Of a DNA stretch of 27,364 bases, positions 7,920-14,093 are shown one piece after another. A program made the position numbers and the translations under genes. The stretch covers positions 1 to 27,364 of IMG/VR virus record IMGVR_UViG_3300010366_000055; one strand, given 5' to 3'. The notes under the pieces are model-generated. The model was not told the origin of the DNA. It saw nothing but the letters and a program-made list of their open reading frames with translations, and searched no databases. The stretch's first letter is position 1; every line of letters starts with the position of its first letter. The DNA is from a virus (lineage: Duplodnaviria > Caudoviricetes).

Positions 7920-8494
7920 GCCGGCTCCCATCGGGGCGCTGTGCCATCCCGGCCCACTCGTTCCCAGGGGCGAACGCTCCGAGGTATCTCAACGCGTCCC
8001 CGTGTATTCACGGACAGAGCCCGCCGCTGGAACACCTCGACGTCCCACCACACCTTGGCGTCCCCGTCGCCGTCGTGGGAGAAGCCCACCGCTTGCAAGA
8101 CATCGAACGACTGCGTGAGCAGGTGCGGCTCGTCCTGCTCATGGGGGCCACGCTTGCACTCCACGATGTAGAGCCAGCCGCGAATGCCCGTTTGCTCCTG
8201 CGCGAACAGGTAGTTCTCCCAATTCCACTCATCGACTCCGTGACGCCAGGTACGCGTTCTCTGATGGAGCACAGGTGCGGTCTTCCACTTCACTTCACAG
8301 AAGGCGTTGCACCCACTGTGCGCGACCAGTAGATCCGGCGTGATGATGCGCTCGCCGGGCAATTGAAACGACGGCGCGCCACCGTCCTCGATCATGTCCA
8401 GCCGCAGCACGGCGACTCCACGGCTCAGAGCGAGTTTCTTCACTGCATCAACGGCCAGTTCTCCAAGCGTCCACTCGGCCGAGGGAACCGTGAC
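7916..8494 (-). CDS. PD-(D/E)xK superfamily nuclease
   Basis: ITPDLL...AFCEVKWK motif; 5' end uncertain (first conventional start GTG 8443). Confidence 0.65.
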   Translation of the reverse strand, partial: VTVPSAEWTLGELAVDAVKKLALSRGVAVLRLDMIEDGGAPSFQLPGERIITPDLLVAHSGCNAFCEVKWKTAPVLHQRTRTWRHGVDEWNWENYLFAQEQTGIRGWLYIVECKRGPHEQDEPHLLTQSFDVLQAVGFSHDGDGDAKVWWDVEVFQRRALSVNTRGRVEIPRSVRPWERVGRDGTAPRWEPA

Positions 8495-9192
8495 TAGTAC
8501 ACCCTCGAGTCGAACTCGACATTCAGCCGCTCCTGCAAGCGCCCGACCAGCTGCTCGGCCTGCGCTTCGGACAGGTTCTCGACCACGTCGGTGCCGTAGT
8601 CCTTCTGCAGCTGTAGGCGGAAGGTGGGCCAGGTGACCACCTGCTCGTTGACCAGGCGTGCGGCCAGGTCGGTGATCTGGTTGAGCTGCTCGGTGGACGC
8701 CGGCGGGCCCTTGGCCGAGGGAGCGGGCGCGTTGGAAGGAGGCGATCCAGCCTCGCGCCCCTCCCCCGACTTCTTGCGCCGCCTGGACGCCTGCGCGGAT
8801 GCCTTCTCGGCACCCGCGGCGTCGTCGTCCTCCTGCGCCAGCCCCAGCAGCGAAAGCACGCTGTAGCGGCGCACGTACGAGTGCAGGCTGCCCTGCTGCT
8901 GCGGGCTCAAACCCTCGAGCTGCAGCGGCCACTTGCCCTCCAGCCTCGCCCCGCCGACGTGGAACAGCACCGTCCGCAGCACCGTGCGGCCGTCCACGAT
9001 GTCGGGCGGCTGCGTGAGGGTCAAGCCGTTCCGCCGCAAGACCGGGAGGACAGCTTTGAGAATCTCCTCCAGCGGCGCGTAGGCGTACTTGAACTTGCCC
9101 GTGTCGACCGACTCCGAGCGCACCACCGGCGGAAACTCGGCCTGCGCCTTGGCCAGTGCTTGCGCCAGCTGCCCCTCAGCCGTCGGTTCCAT
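8494..9192 (-). CDS. ERF-family single-strand annealing protein
   Basis: LAQALAKAQAEF...KYAYAPLEEIL..V.PVL..NGL...Q...QQQGS..SY.RRYS.LSLLGLA.EDDDA; ATG 9192 after GAGGAGG. Confidence 0.9.
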   Translation of the reverse strand: MEPTAEGQLAQALAKAQAEFPPVVRSESVDTGKFKYAYAPLEEILKAVLPVLRRNGLTLTQPPDIVDGRTVLRTVLFHVGGARLEGKWPLQLEGLSPQQQGSLHSYVRRYSVLSLLGLAQEDDDAAGAEKASAQASRRRKKSGEGREAGSPPSNAPAPSAKGPPASTEQLNQITDLAARLVNEQVVTWPTFRLQLQKDYGTDVVENLSEAQAEQLVGRLQERLNVEFDSRVY

Positions 9193-9484
9193 CGCCCTCC
9201 TCAGCGGTGTCGGGTTGGAGGGCTTCATCGATCAGGCCTTCGGTATCCCGGTTCATCGTCGCCAGAGCAGTTTCTTTCCAAGCCTCCAACTCCTCGATGC
9301 GCTTCTCTTGCTCATCGCACCTACGCACAAGCGCGTCTCCCGTCTTGACCATGCCCTTGCGGAGACTCGCGTTTTCAGCCTCCAACTGCGCGATGCGCTG
9401 CTCGGCTGCTTCATAAGCCGAGCACATCGCTCGCAGGCACCGCTCACAGTGTTCGAGCTCGGGAGCCAGATCAACCCGTTCCAT
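9176..9484 (-). CDS. Hypothetical coiled-coil protein
   Basis: Heptad-like EQRIAQLEAENASLR and KRIEELEAWK; packed in the operon. Confidence 0.65.
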   Translation of the reverse strand: MERVDLAPELEHCERCLRAMCSAYEAAEQRIAQLEAENASLRKGMVKTGDALVRRCDEQEKRIEELEAWKETALATMNRDTEGLIDEALQPDTAEEGDGTDG

Positions 9485-9668
9485 CGCGCTCCTTGCGGTC
9501 GACGTTGGCGAGCGGGCGCGTCCTGCGCCGCGCCTCGAGCTCGTCGATCGCGTCCTCCTCGCCGTCGGAGATGAACCAGCCCGGCGAGCGGTGAGCGAGC
9601 CAGATGGCGGCCGCGAACACGGCCGCCAGCACGATCGCCAGGGCGAGGATCACCCCACGCGCCTCCAC
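9471..9668 (-). CDS. Small membrane-anchored protein
   Basis: N-terminal hydrophobic helix VILALAIVLAAVFAAAIWL followed by a charged tail. Confidence 0.65.
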   Translation of the reverse strand: MEARGVILALAIVLAAVFAAAIWLAHRSPGWFISDGEEDAIDELEARRRTRPLANVDRKERDGTG

Positions 9669-10150
9669 TGCACGCTCGCCACTCCCGCGCTGGTGAAGCC
9701 GAGTGCCGAGGCCATTTCACTCGACAGGTCGAAGGAGCGACCGGCGATGTACGGGCCCGAGTCTGTCCTGGTGCCGGTCACACACGCGCCGGCGCGGCAG
9801 AACTCCACCCGCGCGCCGCAGGGGACGATCAGGCTGGCGAACGTGGACGGGCCGTTACTCATCCCACAGCCGCCCGATGTCCCATCCGTCCCGTAGTAGG
9901 AGGCCACGGCCGAGCTCCAGCCGGCCGTCGCCGCGGAAGCGTGCCTGTGCGCCCTCAGCTTGGCGCGTGCGGAGCGGAAGCGGGCGTACCAGAACTCGGG
10001 GCCGTGATGCCGATACAGGAGCATGTGCCCGCCCTCGGAACAGCGGACGTAGCGGCGGGTGCAGCCCTTGTGCCTTTCTGCGCTCGTCGCCGCCTGTACC
10101 AGTCCGGCGAGGATCAATGCGATGAGCGCCGTGAACAGAAGCCATCTCAC
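9650..10150 (-). CDS. Secreted RlpA-like double-psi beta-barrel protein
   Basis: Signal peptide MRWLLFTALIALILAGLVQAA; ASYYG...PCGARVEF...V...TDSGPYIAGRSFDLS...A.ALGF...GV pattern. Confidence 0.8.
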   Translation of the reverse strand: MRWLLFTALIALILAGLVQAATSAERHKGCTRRYVRCSEGGHMLLYRHHGPEFWYARFRSARAKLRAHRHASAATAGWSSAVASYYGTDGTSGGCGMSNGPSTFASLIVPCGARVEFCRAGACVTGTRTDSGPYIAGRSFDLSSEMASALGFTSAGVASVQWRRVG

Positions 10151-10180
10151 TCTTCACCTCCAGGTCGACGGGAGCCCGCG

Positions 10181-10528
10181 TCATGCGCGGGGCCTTCGGC
10201 TTGGATCCGTGTGGTCAGCCTCCTTTCTGCGCCAGTACGCAGAGACGCTGGCGCTGATCTTCGCCCTGTGCTCCTCGGACAAGGTCTTGCCCTTCCAGGG
10301 CGGGCGCCCGCCACCCCTCTTGTGTGCGCTCCAGGGCGAGGAGTTGTCGGCGGTCTGGTGGTAGCTGCTGTGACAACGGCGATGAGCGACGACGATGTTC
10401 TCGTCCACGTTGTTGCAGGGATCGCCATCCAGGTGATGCACACACCCGTCGAATCGCTTTGGCCCGATCCTCTTGACCACATCGCCGCAGAAGTGGCAGG
10501 TCGAGGGCCTACGATGGGCCGCCGCCAC
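10181..10528 (-). CDS. HNH endonuclease with NUMOD3-like DNA-binding motif
   Basis: CHFCG...VHHLDGDPCNNVDENI...HRRCHSSYH; C-terminal KGKTLSEEHRAKIS. Confidence 0.8.
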   Translation of the reverse strand: MAAAHRRPSTCHFCGDVVKRIGPKRFDGCVHHLDGDPCNNVDENIVVAHRRCHSSYHQTADNSSPWSAHKRGGGRPPWKGKTLSEEHRAKISASVSAYWRRKEADHTDPSRRPRA

Positions 10529-10551
10529 GAATGCAGCTCGAGCGACTTTTC

Positions 10552-10824
10552 CTACTCGTCCGGGGATTGGCGCTCACCTCCCCCCTCTTCCCCAACCACG
10601 TACAGCGCCTCCGCCCGCCGGCGTCCGACCTGCAACTGCGCCACAGGCACTTCGTACAGCTTGGCCAGCTGCCGCAGCTGATAGCCGCGGATCGGCGCTC
10701 CCTTCTCCCAGCGCTCGATCGTCTTGGACGAGATCTGCAGCCGAGCCGCTACCCACTCGCGCGAGTAACCGAGCTCGTCCCGTGCTTGCCGCAGCGGAGA
10801 GCCGTCTACGGTCGCGTCCGACAT
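10552..10824 (-). CDS. XRE-family HTH regulator (Cro-like, first gene of the early operon)
   Basis: LRQARDELGYSREWVAARLQISSKTIERWEKG...LAKLYEV; ATG 10824 (GTG 10827 alternative). Confidence 0.88.
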   Translation of the reverse strand: MSDATVDGSPLRQARDELGYSREWVAARLQISSKTIERWEKGAPIRGYQLRQLAKLYEVPVAQLQVGRRRAEALYVVGEEGGGERQSPDE

Positions 10825-10827
10825 CAC

Positions 10828-10880
10828 CTAGACAATAACGGTCGGGTCTGCTACAGTCAAGCTGTCTAGAAGATGTCTAG
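10828..10880. promoter_or_regulatory. Divergent overlapping promoters and candidate operator sites
   Basis: Plus strand: TAGACA(10829)-N17-TACAGT with TGn; minus strand: TTGACT(10860)-N17-TATTGT; TGTCTAG at 10863 and 10874 with an inverted copy CTAGACA at 10828. Confidence 0.7.
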
Positions 10881-11244
10881 TACGTTCCTCATATCGAAGC
10901 GTAGGCTGGAGCAAGTGACCCAGTGGGTGGAGATCGGCACCGACACCCTCCGGGACGCTCGACATCGCCTCGGCCTCTCCTATGAATCAGCCGCTCGGCT
11001 GGTTCCGGTCTCCTCCAAGACCTGGGAGCGGTGGGAGAAGCGTGGACAGGTGCCGCGCCCACACCTGTACCGCGTGGCCGAGGCGCTCGGGCTGGAGCTG
11101 GAGTGGGAGGAACCCGAGCCCGTCCCGGTCAGCGCTGTCCAGTCGAAACAAGACCGCTTGTCCGCGATCGAGCGCGAGCTGCGCGACCTGCGCCAGGCCG
11201 TAGAGGCGCTGCTGGCCGAGCGCAAAGAAAAGAGGGATGAATGA
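10873..11244 (+). CDS. XRE-family HTH regulator (repressor-like)
   Basis: LRDARHRLGLSYESAARLVPVSSKTWERWEKRG...VAEALGL; C-terminal coiled coil; GTG 10915 after GGAG may be the real start. Confidence 0.88.
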   Translation: MSSTFLISKRRLEQVTQWVEIGTDTLRDARHRLGLSYESAARLVPVSSKTWERWEKRGQVPRPHLYRVAEALGLELEWEEPEPVPVSAVQSKQDRLSAIERELRDLRQAVEALLAERKEKRDE

Positions 11245-11357
11245 CGATCATGGGCAAGTATCCAGTGCATCCGTTCGCGGAGACCTTCCCGATCCTGACA
11301 GGGGAGGCACGCGAGGAATTGCGCGAAGACATTCGCACGCATGGCATCCGCCAGCCG
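11241..11357 (+). pseudogene. Truncated ParB-N-like domain fragment
   Basis: VHPFAETFPILTGEAREELREDIRTHGIRQP matches the typical start of phage ParB-N proteins, then the frame loses similarity. Confidence 0.6.
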
Positions 11358-11596
11358 GGCTCCTCAGCGGGCAGAACGTCGGCAAGAACAACTTCGTCTA
11401 TCTCACCGGGCTGCACTGGGATCGCTGGGACGCGCACAGCGCACACGGCACCGGTCAGTACAGGGGCTTCGACCTGAAAGAGCACAAGGCCGAGGTGACC
11501 TTGAGCGATTCGGTTCAGCGCCTGTACACGCGCTTCGCCGTCCGGGCTGCGGACGGCGGCTGGCACATGCGCGGCCGCTTCGAGCTGCAGGGCTAG
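11357..11596 (+). pseudogene. Probable 3' fragment of an unrelated gene
   Basis: Protein-like GLLSGQNVGKNNFVYLTGLHWDRWDAHSAHGTGQY...RFELQG in a different frame; its upstream part only shadows the ParB fragment. Confidence 0.4.
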
Positions 11597-11820
11597 CGCC
11601 GCGCGGCGGGCTTCTTCGCCGCCGCGACCGGCTGCCCGTTGCGGCGGATGCCTCGCCCCACGCCCAGCAGGCCCGCGCCCACGCTCAGGCCGGCCACGGT
11701 CTTGGCGTACTCATCGAAGCTCATCGAGCCTTTGATGGTGACGACCGCGCCTGCGATCACGACCACCACCGCGCCCACCACGGTCAGAAGCGTCGCCCAT
11801 GGAACCTCGTTCCAGTTCAT
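11593..11820 (-). CDS. Holin-like small membrane protein
   Basis: Two hydrophobic segments, basic C-terminus, strong RBS AAAGGAGGAG, last gene of the lysis cassette. Confidence 0.65.
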   Translation of the reverse strand: MNWNEVPWATLLTVVGAVVVVIAGAVVTIKGSMSFDEYAKTVAGLSVGAGLLGVGRGIRRNGQPVAAAKKPAARR

Positions 11821-11832
11821 GCCCTCCTCCTT

Positions 11833-12555
11833 TCAGCCGATGCAGGTGAAGATGCTCACCTGTCCTCCCGGGCGGTTGATGACCAGCGTCCCCGGGGAGA
11901 AGCCGCTGGGGCAGGAGAGTCCTCCCGGCGGCCCTTGCGGGCCTCGTGGGCCGGTCGCACCCGTAGCTCCGCGAGGGCCGCGTTCACCCTGCACTCCACG
12001 CGGGCCTGCAGCTCCTTGCTTTCCCTGCTGCCCGGTGGCCCCGGTGGCTCCCTGCTGACCACGAGCGCCCTGTGCGCCGCGTGACCCCTGAGCGCCTTGT
12101 GCGCCCTTCGCACCAGCCGCACCCCGAGTACCCTGCGCACCCGGTACACCGCGACTCCCTGCGGCACCGGGCCGGCCAGCAGCACCGGGTGGCCCAACCA
12201 GTCCGCGAAAACCGCGTGGGCCAGCGGGGCCGGCCGCGCCCTGCTTACCCGTGCTCTGGATCTGATGGACAATGCGTGTGACCGCCTGCGGCGAATGCTC
12301 GACGATGCGAGTGATGTCGGCCTGCTGTTTGGCCGAGAGCGGGGCGAGCACCGCCCCGCTGGAGATGTGCTTGCACTGCCGCGCCGTGCGTCCCTGCGAG
12401 CGGCAGAGGGCGAACACGGACACGTTCAGCTCGACGATCTTCTGCGTGTTGTGGTGCGTGGTGACGACGGCGTTCTGAACCTCGAGCCCGGCCAGCGCCA
12501 TGATGACCGCGGCGACGACGATCCATAGCCAGGTGATCGCGTTCCAGCGCCGCAC
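11833..12555 (-). CDS. Membrane-anchored collagen-like protein
   Basis: N-terminal TM helix, about 36 uninterrupted Gly-X-Y triplets, Cys-containing C-terminal domain. Confidence 0.88.
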   Translation of the reverse strand: MRRWNAITWLWIVVAAVIMALAGLEVQNAVVTTHHNTQKIVELNVSVFALCRSQGRTARQCKHISSGAVLAPLSAKQQADITRIVEHSPQAVTRIVHQIQSTGKQGAAGPAGPRGFRGLVGPPGAAGRPGAAGSRGVPGAQGTRGAAGAKGAQGAQGSRGAQGARGQQGATGATGQQGKQGAAGPRGVQGERGPRGATGATGPRGPQGPPGGLSCPSGFSPGTLVINRPGGQVSIFTCIG

Positions 12556-12735
12556 CTACAGGCTCCCCCGCAGCAAGGTCGTGAGCCCGAAGATGACGAT
12601 AGCGGCCAGGATGCCCCATACCCAGCGCATCTGATCCTTGCGCTCCTGGCGCTGCTCCAGCAGCAGCTCCTGAACCGAGGCGTCCAAGCGCTCTAGCCAG
12701 CGGACGATCTCCGCGATGGTGTAGTCATCGGGCAC
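12556..12735 (-). CDS. Small coiled-coil plus C-terminal TM protein (lysis cassette)
   Basis: MPDDYTIAEIVRWLERLDASVQELL...RWVWGILAAIVIFGLTTLLRGSL; GTG 12735. Confidence 0.7.
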   Translation of the reverse strand: MPDDYTIAEIVRWLERLDASVQELLLEQRQERKDQMRWVWGILAAIVIFGLTTLLRGSL

Positions 12736-12823
12736 GGCTGATGATCGACACCAGCACGACGGCAGCGAGCGCACCGAAGAAGGCACTCCAGAACACCGTC
12801 CAGGAGAAGGCGAGCGCGAGCAC
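12725..12823 (-). CDS. Small single-TM peptide (32 aa)
   Basis: Manual translation MLALAFSWTVFWSAFFGALAAVVLVSIISRAR; abuts the endolysin stop. Confidence 0.55.
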   Translation of the reverse strand: MLALAFSWTVFWSAFFGALAAVVLVSIISRAR

Positions 12824-13546
12824 CTACACGTACCTGCGGATCTGCCCCGAGTCGGAGCGGTAGCCGGAGGGAACGAGAAAGGGACCGCCCTCGGAGCCGT
12901 GCGAGACGACGCGGCCGGCGCCCACGTACACGGCCACGTGATGCCAGGGCGGCCCACTGCCGTAGAAGATGAGGTCGCCCGGCTGCGGCGTCGACACCGC
13001 CTTGCCGTGCGTGCAAAGTGTGCCCGTGTATCCGGCTCGGTACCCAAGCCCGTTGGGGTCGGGCAGCTTGGCCATCTTGAAGCAACCGGTGGCGAAGCTC
13101 GAGCAATCGCCGTAGGCCCACATGTGCTCCTGCCACGGCACCATGTCCACCGGCTGCCAGCGCGCCCCGCTCTGGGTGTAGTGCCGCGGCTGCCTAGCGT
13201 GTGCGTACAGGGCGGCCGAGGCGATGCGAGCCCCTGCCGCCTGCGGCTTCGGCTTCGACTTCGCCGCCGCGGAGCGCATCAGGTGCGCGCCGTAGGCGTC
13301 GAAGTGGCCGTGCTTGCGCAAGCGCTCGTGCGTCCCGCGCGTGTACGTGCCGGTGGGCTTGAGGTCGTGCCGGCGCTGGTATTTGCGCAGCGCGGCGGCG
13401 AAGTCGCGCCCGCCCGTGGATGTCACCTTGGACAGGCGCTGGTCGAGCGAGCCCTGGTGCACGAGCGCGCGCTTGACCGCGCGCACATCCGCGCCGCGGC
13501 TGCCGCGCTTGAGCGTACGCGTGTACGGGACCACCTGCTTGCTCAC
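12824..13546 (-). CDS. Endolysin: peptidoglycan-binding domain plus NlpC/P60 peptidase
   Basis: TLKRGSRGADVRAVKRAL...ALRKYQRRHDLKPTG (PGBD); DCSSF, QPGDLIFYG, HHVAVYVG (NlpC/P60); GTG 13546. Confidence 0.9.
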   Translation of the reverse strand: MSKQVVPYTRTLKRGSRGADVRAVKRALVHQGSLDQRLSKVTSTGGRDFAAALRKYQRRHDLKPTGTYTRGTHERLRKHGHFDAYGAHLMRSAAAKSKPKPQAAGARIASAALYAHARQPRHYTQSGARWQPVDMVPWQEHMWAYGDCSSFATGCFKMAKLPDPNGLGYRAGYTGTLCTHGKAVSTPQPGDLIFYGSGPPWHHVAVYVGAGRVVSHGSEGGPFLVPSGYRSDSGQIRRYV

Positions 13547-13923
13547 TTGATCAGCCCCTCGGATTTGCACACCGCGATCAGCAGGCTCGAGCTCGTGCCC
13601 CAGCCCGAGGCCTCGATCTCCTTCGCAACTGCCGTCCAGTCCGGCGCCGCCGGCTTCATCAGCGAGCGCAGCTTGTCGTAGCGCGACAGGGCCAGCGTCT
13701 CGATGGTGGCGGTGACACCATCGCGCTTGGTGAGGTAGTTCTTCACCCCCGCCTGGTTGTAGTCGGTGGCGCCCGCCATCTTGTAGGTGGTGTTGAGCGG
13801 GTTGTTCTTGGCCTCGCCGCCTTCTGCCCGGTGCCAGCAGTACATGAACGAGCGGTGGGCCGCGTTCATGGAGATCTTGAAGTAGTACAGCACGGGCATG
13901 TCCCAACAGGGAAAGTCACTCAT
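13543..13923 (-). CDS. Putative lysozyme-fold muralytic enzyme
   Basis: W..AEGG.A.NNPLNTT...N..GVKNY.....G..AT..TL...RY pattern with candidate catalytic Glu; coupled to the endolysin. Confidence 0.6.
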   Translation of the reverse strand: MSDFPCWDMPVLYYFKISMNAAHRSFMYCWHRAEGGEAKNNPLNTTYKMAGATDYNQAGVKNYLTKRDGVTATIETLALSRYDKLRSLMKPAAPDWTAVAKEIEASGWGTSSSLLIAVCKSEGLIK

Positions 13924-14077
13924 CTCCGATTCCTTTCTCGCCTCGCTCCACCGCCACCTGCAGCAGGGCGTTGTCGCCTTCTTTGGTCGGGTCGGGGTCG
14001 AGCTCGAGCTCGCCCACGCCCTCGACGCCCTCGCCGTACTCGGACGGGTCGATCACGATCTCGTCGCGCTCGTCCAT
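13916..14077 (-). CDS. Small acidic protein (53 aa)
   Basis: MDERDEIVIDPSEYGEGVEGVGELELDPDPTKEGDNALLQVAVERGEKGIGDE; RBS AAAGGAG. Confidence 0.65.
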   Translation of the reverse strand: MDERDEIVIDPSEYGEGVEGVGELELDPDPTKEGDNALLQVAVERGEKGIGDE

Positions 14078-14093
14078 GGCTCTCCTTTCTTGG

